A DNA stretch of 64,000 nucleotides from an uncultured Alphaproteobacteria bacterium (GCA_963768225.1 CAVYGV010000005.1:347184-411183), one strand, 5' to 3'; positions 22,811 through 32,309 are shown, numbered from the stretch's first letter. Notes: generated by a model not told the origin, from the letters alone. Made by a program: numbers and translations.

Positions 22811-23608
22811 GTGGCACCCCCGCAAGTGCGCCGGATCAAGCTCTGGCAGGATAAGATCGACACCGAAATCGAGATTGCGGGCTCCGGGCCGCCGCTCGTC
22901 TATCTGCACGGCCCGTGGGGTCTCGCGCCCGATCGTGCGTTCATCGCGCGCCTCGCCGACCGCCACACGGTTTTGGCGCCGAAATTCCCCGGCACCAGCC
23001 AGGGCGATCCGAATTCGGTGCATGCGCTCGATGGCTGGCACGATCTGGTCGTCTGTTACGGCGAACTGTTCGACAAGCTTGAACTGTCCTCTCCCGCACT
23101 CGCCGGCCATTCATTCGGCGGGCTTCTGGCCGCCGAAATCGCGGCCGCCGCGCCGAGATCCGTCAGCCGGCTGGTTCTGATCGATCCGGTCGGTTTGTGG
23201 CGCGACGATTACCCGGTGCAAAACTGGATGATCCTCAGCGAGGCCGCGCGCAAGCACTCGCTGTTTGCCGATGCCGATGGCGCGGCGGCGCGGCGGTTCT
23301 TCGACGTTCCGGTCGAGTCGAAGCAACGCGTCGATACGCTGTCCCAATTCGTCTGGGCCCAAGCCTGCACCGGAAAATTCGTCTGGCCAATCGCCGACCG
23401 CGGTTTGAAGCGGCGCATCCATCGTATTGCCGCGCCGACGCTGATCGTCTGGGGCGATGCCGACCGCATCATCGCGCCGGTCTATACGCGCGAGTTCGCC
23501 CAACGCGTTGCCGGCGCGCGGATCGAACTCATCGGCGAGGCCGGGCATCTGCCGCATCTCGAGCAGCAAGACCGCGTCGTCGCGCTGATCGCAAAATTTC
23601 TCGAATAA
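22811..23608 (+). CDS. Alpha/beta hydrolase
   Basis: HG oxyanion motif (VYLHGPWG). Nucleophile elbow GHSFGG. C-terminal GHLPHLE. Confidence 0.8.
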   Translation: MAPPQVRRIKLWQDKIDTEIEIAGSGPPLVYLHGPWGLAPDRAFIARLADRHTVLAPKFPGTSQGDPNSVHALDGWHDLVVCYGELFDKLELSSPALAGHSFGGLLAAEIAAAAPRSVSRLVLIDPVGLWRDDYPVQNWMILSEAARKHSLFADADGAAARRFFDVPVESKQRVDTLSQFVWAQACTGKFVWPIADRGLKRRIHRIAAPTLIVWGDADRIIAPVYTREFAQRVAGARIELIGEAGHLPHLEQQDRVVALIAKFLE

Positions 23609-23751
23609 TGCGCGGCAATTATCCGGCCTCCGCCGCCAAGGTTCGAAGGTTTGACCGGGAGTGATGCCAAGTTCTTTGCAACTGCGCTTGTGCTCGTGAT
23701 ATTTTTTCAGAAGGTCATAATCATCGACCGAAGCAACGGGGGAAGCTGGCC

Positions 23752-24261
23752 GTGCCGCCGATCCACGAAGCCGAAACTTGGCAAGGAAGGCTTGCCGCGC
23801 TTCCGCTCGCCAGCTACGGCCCCGGCGAGACCGTGTTCGCTGAAGGCAGCAGAACCGGGCAACTGCTCATTCTCAAAAGCGGCGCGGTCAGCATCGTCAA
23901 GGGCGGCACCGAGATCGCCACGGTTGCGGAGCCCGGTGCGATCTTCGGCGAGCTTTCTGCGCTCCTGGATCAACCGCACACTGCGGATGTGCGCACCATA
24001 CAACCCTCGCAGTTTCATGTCGCCGAGGCCGCCGCGTTACTGGCGCAAGACCCGGTCGCGCTGCTTTACGTTGCGACGGTCTTGGCGCGGCGTGTCGATT
24101 GCGCCAACCAAGCCCTCCTTGAACTCAAGAGCGAGCTTGCGGCCGGCGAACCGCCGGGCTTGATCGATCATTCGATCGGCAGGATCCAAGGATTGCTGAC
24201 CGCCATCGGCGACGGCTACATCCGGGCTGGAACCGGGCTTGCCATGTTTCCGCCCAGCTAG
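23752..24261 (+). CDS. Cyclic-nucleotide-binding domain protein (no DNA-binding domain visible)
   Basis: cNMP-binding beta-barrel pattern FAEGSRTGQLLILKSGAVSIVKGG..GAIFGELSALLDQPHTADVRT. Confidence 0.7.
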   Translation: MPPIHEAETWQGRLAALPLASYGPGETVFAEGSRTGQLLILKSGAVSIVKGGTEIATVAEPGAIFGELSALLDQPHTADVRTIQPSQFHVAEAAALLAQDPVALLYVATVLARRVDCANQALLELKSELAAGEPPGLIDHSIGRIQGLLTAIGDGYIRAGTGLAMFPPS

Positions 24262-24336
24262 AACATGAGCTGCTCGTCCGCGCAGCCGCGCGTGAGTCCA
24301 CTGGATTGCCGCGGCAAGTAGGCCGGCATGCAAGAT

Positions 24337-25263
24337 TCAGCGAGCCATTTCGACGCGATGGCGAGAATCCAACGTCCATTCGATCATCGAACCGTAGTAA
24401 AGCTTCACGTCGGGGCGGTGAAGCAACTCGGAAAGCACGAACCAGTCCGTCGCGGACCAGTGGCCGGAATTGCAATAAGTCACGATTGGTCCCTCCGGCA
24501 CGATCGCGGCGATTTTGGCGAGTTCCGATCGCGGTCGCAGCCGATTGGTGTTCGCATCGTAAAACGCCGCGCTGTCGAGACTGAGCGCACCCGGGATGTG
24601 GCCGTACGCCGCGACCGCGGGCACCTTCTCCTTTCCGGCGAAGAACGAATAGGGGCGCGCATCGATCAGCGTCGCGCCGCCGATGCGCTCGATGCTTTCG
24701 ACATCATGGACGTTGGCCAGAAGCCGCTCGTCTATGGTCGCTGTGAATAGCGTGGGAGAAGTTTCCGTCGATCCGGATTCGACTGCGGCGTCGGGCGTAA
24801 ACCGCCAAGCGGAAAATCCGCCGTTCAGGATCGACACGCCCCTGATGCCGCTGAGCTTGAGCGTCCAGTAAACACGCGCCGCAGCGCCGAACTCAGTCGC
24901 GTCTCTGCCGGCCGGCACCACGACGACGCGACTGTCGGCGGCGATCCCTGCTTCGCCGATCAGCACTTCAAGCTCCGCGGTGCTCGGCACCATCGGCGCC
25001 GTCCCGCCGGGCGTCGTCCGCCAACCGGTCTCGTAATCGCTGTGAACGGCTCCGGGAATATGACCCGCGGCGAAAGTCGCGGCGGAACGGATGTCGAGTA
25101 CGGTCAGCGGTCTGGCGTCAAGTCGAGCTCTCAACCAGGAGGCGGAGACGAGCGGCTCCGCGGTGTCGGTTATGGGCTGATTATTTTGCCTTGTCCAAGC
25201 CGTGTGTGGCCAAGCGACCGCGGCTGCGCATAAAGTGGCTATGAGTTCCCGCCGTCGCATCAA
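24337..25263 (-). CDS. Thiosulfate/3-mercaptopyruvate sulfurtransferase (tandem rhodanese), Tat-type signal
   Basis: MMRRRELIATLCAAAVAW signal. Two rhodanese domains. Active-site loop YCNSGHWSA. Confidence 0.85.
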   Translation of the reverse strand: MMRRRELIATLCAAAVAWPHTAWTRQNNQPITDTAEPLVSASWLRARLDARPLTVLDIRSAATFAAGHIPGAVHSDYETGWRTTPGGTAPMVPSTAELEVLIGEAGIAADSRVVVVPAGRDATEFGAAARVYWTLKLSGIRGVSILNGGFSAWRFTPDAAVESGSTETSPTLFTATIDERLLANVHDVESIERIGGATLIDARPYSFFAGKEKVPAVAAYGHIPGALSLDSAAFYDANTNRLRPRSELAKIAAIVPEGPIVTYCNSGHWSATDWFVLSELLHRPDVKLYYGSMIEWTLDSRHRVEMAR

Positions 25264-25364
25264 ATCTTACCCTCGCGGCTCAGGGTCGCACATTAGCACA
25301 TCGCGGTGGGGGCGACCTTCGCTGCTAGAAACCGTGGACTTGTCGCGGGCACGACGATGATGAA

Positions 25365-25392
25365 TTAAAAGCGCCCCGGATGACCGGGGCGC
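25365..25392 (-). terminator. Rho-independent terminator of hsp20
   Basis: GCGCCCCGG-atga-CCGGGGCGC perfect 9-bp stem. On the minus strand it is followed by UUUUAAUU. Confidence 0.6.
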
Positions 25393-25418
25393 TTTATCGT
25401 CCACGAACCGAAGGCGAT

Positions 25419-25883
25419 TTACGCAGCCTTCTGGCTCTCGATTACCGTGGCGCCGTTGCCCTTGCCGTTGATCGGGATCGAGCGCGGCTTTTTCGCCTCG
25501 GGGATCTCGCGCACGAGGTCGACGTGCAGGAGACCGTTTTCGAGGCTCGCGCCCTTGACCAGGACAAAGTCGGCGAGCTGGAACACGCGCTCGAAAGTGC
25601 GCGCCGCAATGCCCTGATAGAGCACTTCGCCGCGCTTGCCTTCCTCCTTGGCGTTTTTCTCGCCGCGGATGGTCAGCGTGTTCTCTTTGGCTACGACCGA
25701 GAGTTCCGGCTCGTTGAAGCCGGCGACCGCCACGGACACGCGGTAGTCATTGTCTCCGGTGCGCTCGATATTGTAGGGCGGATACCCCTGAGCGGCGCCA
25801 TCGACGCTCTGGTCGAGCATCGAGAACAGCCGATCGAAGCCGACCGTGGAACGATAAAGAGGTGTGAGATCGAAAGTTCGCAT
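25419..25883 (-). CDS. Hsp20/alpha-crystallin small heat-shock protein (IbpA-like)
   Basis: MRTFDLTPLYRSTVGFDRLFSMLD N-terminus. PPYNIE..YRVSVAVAGF alpha-crystallin core. LLHVDLVREIPE. Confidence 0.9.
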   Translation of the reverse strand: MRTFDLTPLYRSTVGFDRLFSMLDQSVDGAAQGYPPYNIERTGDNDYRVSVAVAGFNEPELSVVAKENTLTIRGEKNAKEEGKRGEVLYQGIAARTFERVFQLADFVLVKGASLENGLLHVDLVREIPEAKKPRSIPINGKGNGATVIESQKAA

Positions 25884-25968
25884 GGCATATCCTCCTTGTG
25901 AAGCGACATGCGGTTGGCTCGCCCTTATGGGCCAAGCCTATAAACACGCAGCCCGAAGTGGCCTGCGC
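25884..25968 (-). ncRNA. ROSE-like RNA thermometer in the hsp20 5' UTR
   Basis: The last hairpin 5'-CAUGUC-G-CUUC ACAA GGAG GAUAUG-3' (25886-25910) pairs the SD GGAGG with a single bulged G opposite it, which is the ROSE hallmark. Two further hairpins lie upstream (GGCUUGGCCC/GGGCGAGCC and GCGCAGGCC/GGGCUGCGU). Confidence 0.5.
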
Positions 25969-25974
25969 ATCTCG

Positions 25975-26003
25975 GATATGGGTTCGCTTTGCGGCCTCGC
26001 AAG
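25975..26003 (-). promoter_or_regulatory. Sigma32 (RpoH)-type promoter for hsp20
   Basis: Minus strand CCCCCTTG-N17-CCCATATC, close to the CTTGAA-N(13-17)-CCCCATNT heat-shock consensus. Confidence 0.45.
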
Positions 26004-26142
26004 GGGGAGGTAAGGCATTGGTTCTAATTATAAAATTCATCGAATGCCGGCGTGCCGTCGTGGTGAACCGGGAAGCCATGCAGGATGACGGCCAACTCGA
26101 GGCTGCTATAAGCCAACAACGACGCTTCAAATCACCTTCGCA

Positions 26143-27090
26143 ATGAAACTCGTCTCGATTCCCGCCAATCCCGTTCCGGACAATTCCATCGCCGGCACGC
26201 TCAAGACGCCGGATGGGGTCGCCTTGCGTTTTGCCCGCTGGCAGCCGCCGGCCGGCCGGCGCGGCACGGTCTGCATTTTTCAGGGCCGCGCCGAGTGGAT
26301 CGAAAAATATTTCGAGACGGTTCGCGATTTGCGCGCGCGCGGTTTCGCAGTCGCGGCGCTCGATTGGCGTGGGCAGGGTCTTTCCGATCGCGCGCTCAGC
26401 GACCGCCGCAAGAGTTACGTGCGCGATTTCGCCGAATACGACAGCGATCTCGAGACGTTCATGCGCGAGATCGTTTTGCCGGATTGCCCACCCCCCATTT
26501 TCGCCATCGGCCATTCCACCGGCGCGGCGGTGCTGCTCCGCGCCGCGCATCGCGGTCACCGCTGGTTCGACCGCATGGTGTTGACCGCGCCGTTGATCAA
26601 GCTCGGTGGCGTCGATTACGCGAGGGGCGCCGGCCCGCTCATCGTGCGGGCGCTGCGGATGGCGGGCTTCGGCACGATGTACGTTCCGAAAACCGATACC
26701 AGCATCGTCGAAACGCGGCCATTTGTCGGAAACATCCTGACCTCCGATCCGGTGCGCTATGCGCGCAACGCCGCGATCATCGAAGCAGAGCCGGCGCTTT
26801 CGGTCGGCGCGCCGACAGTGGCCTGGATGGACTCGGCCTTCCGCTCGATGCGGGCGATGCGCGAACGCTCTTATCCAAGGCGCATCCGCCAGCCGATGTT
26901 GATCGTTGCCGGCGGCAACGACGCCGTAGTGTCGAATGCGGCGATTGAGGACTTTGCCAGCATGCTGCGCGCCGGTTCGCACCTCGTCATCGTCGGCGCT
27001 CAGCACGAGATTTTGATGGAGCAGGACCGCTTTCGCGCGCAGTTCTGGGCGGCGTTCGATGCCTTCGTTCCCGGCACGCCGCTTTACTGA
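26143..27090 (+). CDS. Alpha/beta hydrolase (lysophospholipase-like)
   Basis: GHSTGAAV nucleophile elbow. The layout is typical of the monoglyceride lipase / lysophospholipase L2 family. Confidence 0.8.
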   Translation: MKLVSIPANPVPDNSIAGTLKTPDGVALRFARWQPPAGRRGTVCIFQGRAEWIEKYFETVRDLRARGFAVAALDWRGQGLSDRALSDRRKSYVRDFAEYDSDLETFMREIVLPDCPPPIFAIGHSTGAAVLLRAAHRGHRWFDRMVLTAPLIKLGGVDYARGAGPLIVRALRMAGFGTMYVPKTDTSIVETRPFVGNILTSDPVRYARNAAIIEAEPALSVGAPTVAWMDSAFRSMRAMRERSYPRRIRQPMLIVAGGNDAVVSNAAIEDFASMLRAGSHLVIVGAQHEILMEQDRFRAQFWAAFDAFVPGTPLY

Positions 27091-27098
27091 AACCTGTT

Positions 27099-27216
27099 TC
27101 CCGGACGCGGTGCAGCGCGTAGCGGTGCACCGCAGATCCGGGACCTTTCTATACTCGGAGTTTGTGAAGGTCCCGGTTATGCAGCGCATCACTGCGTGCT
27201 GCGCTGCGCCCGGGAC
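27099..27216. repeat. Two REP-like composite palindromes between convergent genes
   Basis: Hairpin A at 27099-27143 (TCCCGGA/TCCGGGA plus GCGGTGC/GCACCGC). Hairpin B at 27170-27216 (GTCCCGG/CCGGGAC plus GCAGCGCA/TGCGCTGC). Both share the CCCGG..GCAGCGC core. Confidence 0.35.
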
Positions 27217-27222
27217 ACGCGG

Positions 27223-28005
27223 TCAGTTATTCAACACTTCCAGCGCTTGCGCGTGCACGCGCTTGTCGCCGGCCGCCACGATGCGGCCGCCGTCATGCGG
27301 GCGGCCATTCTCCCAGGTCGTGATGATACCGCCTGCGCCTTCAATGATTGGGATCAACGGCAGCACGTCATGCGGCTTGAGTTCGGTCTCGATGATGAGG
27401 TCGATATGGCCGGCGGCGAGCACGCAATAGGCGTAACAGTCGCCGCCGTAGCGCGACAGCCGTACTTTGTCTTCGACGCGGCCGAAACATTGCCGGTCGG
27501 CGGTGTTCATAAGGAGCGGACTCGTGGTGCACAGCACTGCGTCCGGCAGCGTAGCGCAGGCGCGCACGCGCAAATCGCGATCGCCGGCCGGTCCGCGATA
27601 GCGCGCACCGCGGCCGTCGCCGCAGAAATGCTCGCGGGTGAACGGCTGGTGCATCATGCCGTAGATCGGCTCGCCGCGCCGGGTGAGCGCGATCAAGGTG
27701 CCCCAGGCCGGCATGCCGCAGATGAAAGATTTCGTGCCGTCGATCGGATCGAGCACCCAGACATATTCGGCGTCCGGCCGGTCGGCACCGAATTCCTCGC
27801 CGATCACGCCGTGCTCGGGGAACGTCCGCTTGATCAGCGTACGCATGGCTGCCTCGGCAGCGCGGTCGGCGGCGGTGACCGGATCGAAGCCGCCGGAGCG
27901 GCTTTTGTTTTCGACGCCGAGCGCGCTGCGGAAGAACGGGCGAATCGTCTCGCCGGAGATGGCGGCCAGTTCGTCCACGAATGCCGCGAAGTCGATGGCC
28001 GTCAT
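27223..28005 (-). CDS. hisN: Histidinol-phosphatase, inositol monophosphatase family
   Basis: IMPase motifs (VWVLDPIDGTKSF, GGDCYAY). N-terminus and 260-aa length are typical of alphaproteobacterial HisN. Confidence 0.75.
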   Translation of the reverse strand: MTAIDFAAFVDELAAISGETIRPFFRSALGVENKSRSGGFDPVTAADRAAEAAMRTLIKRTFPEHGVIGEEFGADRPDAEYVWVLDPIDGTKSFICGMPAWGTLIALTRRGEPIYGMMHQPFTREHFCGDGRGARYRGPAGDRDLRVRACATLPDAVLCTTSPLLMNTADRQCFGRVEDKVRLSRYGGDCYAYCVLAAGHIDLIIETELKPHDVLPLIPIIEGAGGIITTWENGRPHDGGRIVAAGDKRVHAQALEVLNN

Positions 28006-28335
28006 ATCCGCCTCGGAATTCCCGGTTTTACGTACCGGACGCCTGCTCCGACGGCAATCGGGGCGTGACCCCGCGGCAACACCCCGTAGCTAATCGACTA
28101 TGCAAAAGTGATACGACCGCAATGGCATCCTGGCGAAGCGGCCTGATGCAATTTTATGCACACCCGGAACATCGGCATAAGCCACTGAAATAAAATGATT
28201 TATTTTGGGACACCGGCGCGGATGCCTCCCCGCAAATGGCAGGCTGCTAAATTTGCGGCAAATTCCTGGGAAAAACTCCGGTCAGATAGGTCAACAGGAC
28301 TTGTATTTTGTGCGACGCAGTGTATGTTGTTGCAG

Positions 28336-28432
28336 TGCGGTAGCGAGAGGTTCCCTCCCGTTACCGTCGCCCTCCTTGGGCGTTTCCTCCCTAGACTTGG
28401 GCCGCTCCCGCAAGGTGAGCGGCCCTTTTTCT
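28336..28432 (+). ncRNA. Candidate trans-acting sRNA with three CCUCC(C) anti-Shine-Dalgarno-like motifs
   Basis: CTTGTA-N17-TATGTT promoter-like element at 28299-28327. Hairpins follow, including CGCCC-UCCUU-GGGCG. A single-stranded UUUCCUCCCUA stretch is present. Strong terminator GGGCCGCUC-N9-GAGCGGCCC plus UUUUU (28398-28429). It runs opposite to both flanking genes and has no plausible ORF. Confidence 0.5.
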
Positions 28433-28462
28433 TGCCCGGTTCCTTGGCCGAGGAATTCGGCG

Positions 28463-29425
28463 CTATTCGGCCGCTGCCCGATACGGCCGCAATTCCTCGA
28501 CCGGGATAGCGGCGAGGCAGTCAGCCAGCAGTTCGAACTCGCCGGCGAGCATTGCGAACGAAGCCGAACGTTCGTAGCGCCGCTCGTCCATATAGAGCGC
28601 GCGATTGATCTCGAGCTGGATGGCGTGCAGGCCGGTGGTCGGATTGCCGTAGTGCTCGGTGATGAACCCGCCGGCATAGGGCTTGTTGCGGCTGACCGAA
28701 TAACCGAAGCCGCGCATGCATTGTTCGATCGCCTCGGCGACCACAGCGACGCAACTGGTGCCGTAACGATCGCCGAGCACCAGGTCGGCACGCGGCCGCT
28801 CATCGCGCCCGCCGGTTGACGATGGCATGGAGTGGCAATCGATCAGGATGGCGGTGCCAAAATCGCGTTGCAGCCGCATGAATACGCGCCGCAACGTGCG
28901 ATGGTATGGCTTGTAAAGGCCGTCGATCCGCCGCAGCGCTTCGGCGACCGAAATGCGTTGGTCGTAGATTTCCTGGGCGTCGCCGACGACGCGCGCCACC
29001 GTGCCGAGCCCGCCGGCGACCCGCATCGAGCGGGTATTGGCGAACGACGGCAGCCGGCCGTCGAACATCCGCGGGTCGAGCTCATAGGGCTCGCGGTTGA
29101 CGTTGACATAGCAGCGCGGGAAATGCGCTCGCATGGTCGGGAAACCGCGCGCGGCGACGCCCTCGATCAATTCACCGACAAAACTGTCCTCGGAGCGGCG
29201 CAGCGTCGCCAGATCGAGCCGTGAGGTCAGCAGGAACTCGCGGGGATAAACGCGCCCGCTATGGGGCGAATTGAACAATAGCGGGCCGCGGCACTGTGCC
29301 GGCTCCACGGCCTCGAATGGAGGATCGAATTCGTCCTGGATTTCCAACATGACGCCTGGCGGGAGTTCCTTGAGACTCGTTACCCGGGCTCCGTTCCCTA
29401 GCGTGCGCCTGCGGCTATTGTCCAT
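28463..29425 (-). CDS. N-formylglutamate amidohydrolase family protein
   Basis: LLFNSPHSGRVYP, ILIDCHSMPS and NKPYAGGFITEHYG motifs of the FGase family. Confidence 0.85.
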   Translation of the reverse strand: MDNSRRRTLGNGARVTSLKELPPGVMLEIQDEFDPPFEAVEPAQCRGPLLFNSPHSGRVYPREFLLTSRLDLATLRRSEDSFVGELIEGVAARGFPTMRAHFPRCYVNVNREPYELDPRMFDGRLPSFANTRSMRVAGGLGTVARVVGDAQEIYDQRISVAEALRRIDGLYKPYHRTLRRVFMRLQRDFGTAILIDCHSMPSSTGGRDERPRADLVLGDRYGTSCVAVVAEAIEQCMRGFGYSVSRNKPYAGGFITEHYGNPTTGLHAIQLEINRALYMDERRYERSASFAMLAGEFELLADCLAAIPVEELRPYRAAAE

Positions 29426-29543
29426 AGCCGTTGGGGCTTGCCAAGACCACTTACGGCCATAGTCATCTGGCCTTCTTTCACTCGATGTTTACCGGCCATC
29501 CGGCTTATGGAATGGAGGGGGCCGGCGCGTAAGCCGGGTTTGA

Positions 29544-29909
29544 GTGATCATGTCCAAAATCCTGCTTGCGGAAGACGACATCGATATGCGCCGTTTCCTG
29601 GTCAAGGCGCTGCAAAATGCCGGCTTCGAGGTGATTTCCTACGACAACGGCCTATCCGCATACCAGCGGCTGCGCGAGGAGCCGTTCGAGCTCCTGCTCA
29701 CCGATATCGTCATGCCTGAGATGGACGGGATAGAATTGGCGCGCCGCGCGGCCGAACTCGATCCGGACATCAAGATCATGTTCATCACCGGCTTCGCCGC
29801 GGTGGCGCTCAACTCCGATTCGACCGCGCCCAAGCATGCCAAGGTGTTGTCGAAGCCGATCCATCTGCGCGAACTGGTCAACGAAGTACAAAAGATGCTG
29901 GCGGCTTGA
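29544..29909 (+). CDS. cpdR: Single-domain response regulator CpdR
   Basis: 121-aa receiver. ILLAEDD, LLLTDIVMPEMDGIELAR and IMFITGFAAVAL closely resemble Caulobacter/rhizobial CpdR. Confidence 0.75.
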   Translation: MIMSKILLAEDDIDMRRFLVKALQNAGFEVISYDNGLSAYQRLREEPFELLLTDIVMPEMDGIELARRAAELDPDIKIMFITGFAAVALNSDSTAPKHAKVLSKPIHLRELVNEVQKMLAA

Positions 29910-29984
29910 TCCGCATTAATCGCCCGCCATTCGGTTTTCCGCCGCTACGCGATGTCAATGCCGCCGCACCGATACGTTCGGCGG

Positions 29985-31712
29985 TCACGCGCTTCTGACG
30001 TGCCGCAAAAATCTCTCGACATTGTTCTGCACGCCTCGGGTGTGGTCGAACAGACGCTTTGTCGTATCGAGCACCTCGTTTGAGGCGGCATAAGTCGCGT
30101 CGGCGTGGCCGTTAAGGTCGACGATATTGGCAGCCACCGCGCGCGAATTGTCCGCTGCAGATTGAGCGCTGGCAAAAATCCCGGCCATCTCGGCGGACTG
30201 CTGAGCGATCCCGGTCGATATTTCCGTGGCGAAAACGCTGAGATCTTTGATCGCCTTGATGATCTGACTGATGGTTGAAACCACGGCGCCGCAAGTTTCG
30301 CGAAGCGCGGAAATTTTTTGCGCGATTTCGTCCGTCGCCTTCCCGCTTTGTTGCGCCAGCGTCTTGACCTCCGCCGCTACGACGGCAAAGCCCTTGCCTG
30401 TCGTGCCCGCCCGTGCCGCCTCGATTGTGGCGTTGAGCGCCAGGAGATTGGTCTGCTGGGCGATGCCCTGGATAAGATCGGTGATCGGCAAAATCTGCTC
30501 AACCGAGGCGGCGAGTTTCGCCAGCTCCGTACTGGCGTTTTCAGATTGCTCCGCCGTGTCGTTGGTAAGCTTGAAAACGTCATTGGTGCGCCGCGCCAAT
30601 TCGTCGATAGTCCGCGAAAGCTCGCTGGCCGCTCGGGCGACGGTTTCGACGTTTTCCCGCGTGTTGACGACGGCATCCACCGTTGAGCCCGATTTTGACC
30701 GGGTCTCCTCGGCGGCTTTTGCCATCGTATCCGCATTATTCCTAACCGCCGTGACCGCTTCAACGAGCTGACCTGCAATGTGTTTGACCGAACCCTCGAA
30801 TTCCTCGGCTAGCGCGCTCATTTCTTGCCGGCGTTTGGCCGCCCGTTGCTCATCGGCCTCGTGGCGGGACAGTTGCATCGCCTGAATCTCGAGCGCGTTC
30901 CGCCGGAATATTTCGATGGCCTCAATCATATGGCCGATCTCGTCGCCGCGGCCGTGGTAGTTCAGGCTTACCGCCGTGTCGCCGGTCGATATTTTCTGCA
31001 TGACGTTGGTAATCGAGGTAATCGGCCTGACGATTGATCTGGCCATGAAAACGATCGCCGCAATGCAGAACAGGAAGCACGTCATCAGTCCGATCGCGAG
31101 AGAAAGTGTTTCGGTCGTCGTTGCATCGGACAGGCTTCTTACGATCGAATCGGATTGCGCGGTTATTGCCAGAAGGATCTTGCGAACGTCATTTTCGATA
31201 CTGGTAAAGCTATCGTCGGTCTGACCCAGCATCATGGTTGCCATTGCCGCGTCGGTGCTGCCGACGTTGAGGACGTCCTTGGCCGTGTTTTCGTATTTAA
31301 TCAGCTTTGTGTTCAGCGTTCCGAGATCGAACTTTTCCGCCGCGGATAGATTTGGCCGCGCGGCGAGTTCTCGGTATTTTTCTTGCATGGTCTGGAAATC
31401 GCCTTCGATTTCCTTCCGTAGATCTTTCAAGAGCTTATCGCTTACGCCGTTGCTGGCCCAAGATACATAGCGAAAGACGCTCATCTGCGCGGCGATAACG
31501 GCGTCGTTGATCGCCGCCGCCGCTGCTCGCGTCGGCAGATTCGACCGCGAAAGCTCGTTTAAATTATGCGCGACTTGACTTGATGTGACCTGGACGATGA
31601 TGCCCATGCCAACCAAGCAAATCAATGCTATCACGGACGCAATGAAAGTTTTGGTCCGAATGCTCAGATTTGAGAAGACAGAGAACGGCGAGCCGCTTCC
31701 GGCGGTCACCAT
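29985..31712 (-). CDS. Methyl-accepting chemotaxis protein (two TM, HAMP, MA domain)
   Basis: Highly conserved signalling hairpin [42 protein letters not shown] region after TM2. Confidence 0.9.
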   Translation of the reverse strand: MVTAGSGSPFSVFSNLSIRTKTFIASVIALICLVGMGIIVQVTSSQVAHNLNELSRSNLPTRAAAAAINDAVIAAQMSVFRYVSWASNGVSDKLLKDLRKEIEGDFQTMQEKYRELAARPNLSAAEKFDLGTLNTKLIKYENTAKDVLNVGSTDAAMATMMLGQTDDSFTSIENDVRKILLAITAQSDSIVRSLSDATTTETLSLAIGLMTCFLFCIAAIVFMARSIVRPITSITNVMQKISTGDTAVSLNYHGRGDEIGHMIEAIEIFRRNALEIQAMQLSRHEADEQRAAKRRQEMSALAEEFEGSVKHIAGQLVEAVTAVRNNADTMAKAAEETRSKSGSTVDAVVNTRENVETVARAASELSRTIDELARRTNDVFKLTNDTAEQSENASTELAKLAASVEQILPITDLIQGIAQQTNLLALNATIEAARAGTTGKGFAVVAAEVKTLAQQSGKATDEIAQKISALRETCGAVVSTISQIIKAIKDLSVFATEISTGIAQQSAEMAGIFASAQSAADNSRAVAANIVDLNGHADATYAASNEVLDTTKRLFDHTRGVQNNVERFLRHVRSA

Positions 31713-31757
31713 GAGAACGGCCCTTTGCTTAGCGGCTTTTCCTCGACCGAGGAGCAG

Positions 31758-32219
31758 TCACTCCTTATAAATCCCGACGCCGACGAAGTAGTCGCCCATT
31801 TTTTCAACGTAACTGGCCTTGTCTTCGATTTTATTGTTCAGCGGATTCGGCCATTTATAATCGATCCATCCGGATCCCGGTCCGTTTGCAAGCGAAACCA
31901 TTTCGCGGATCAGATACTTGCCATCTTGGTCTTTGAGATCGATCAGATTCTTGCCGATCAGCGCCGGACGCGCACCGTGCGCTACGCAATTTCCGCTCAT
32001 ATCATAGATGAACGGATACAAATCGCGATCGTGAAACTCCGCGACCGACTTGTCGGAAACCGCTTTGAACGTCGCTTCGGAGCCGTCCTTGGCGAACATC
32101 GCTTCGACGCGCTTGACCATGGCGACGGCTTCATCCTTGGTGCCGTGTTGGTCGGCGGACGCCGGAAGACTGAAGGCAAACAATGCAATTGTTGCAATCG
32201 CAGCAAATGTGCGGATCAT
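31758..32219 (-). CDS. Secreted single-Cache (sCache_2-like) domain protein
   Basis: ATG at 32219 preceded by GGAGGG. Signal peptide ..FSLPASADQ. GWIDYKWPNP and YFVGVGIY motifs of Cache sensor domains. Confidence 0.7.
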   Translation of the reverse strand: MIRTFAAIATIALFAFSLPASADQHGTKDEAVAMVKRVEAMFAKDGSEATFKAVSDKSVAEFHDRDLYPFIYDMSGNCVAHGARPALIGKNLIDLKDQDGKYLIREMVSLANGPGSGWIDYKWPNPLNNKIEDKASYVEKMGDYFVGVGIYKE

Positions 32220-32309
32220 GGAGCCCTCCTGAGAGAGAATGGCAACGCCGCTAAAATGGCTAATGATCATTGACGATTAATTAATCTGGATTAATATGCG
32301 ACTTTCCTT

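Noticed and set aside
25747-27192. 481-aa minus-strand ORF spanning the hsp20 leader and the whole lysophospholipase-like gene
   Set aside because: Arg/Ala/Gly-rich, low-complexity translation with no family motifs. It is antisense to a well-supported hydrolase gene and is a typical GC-rich shadow ORF.
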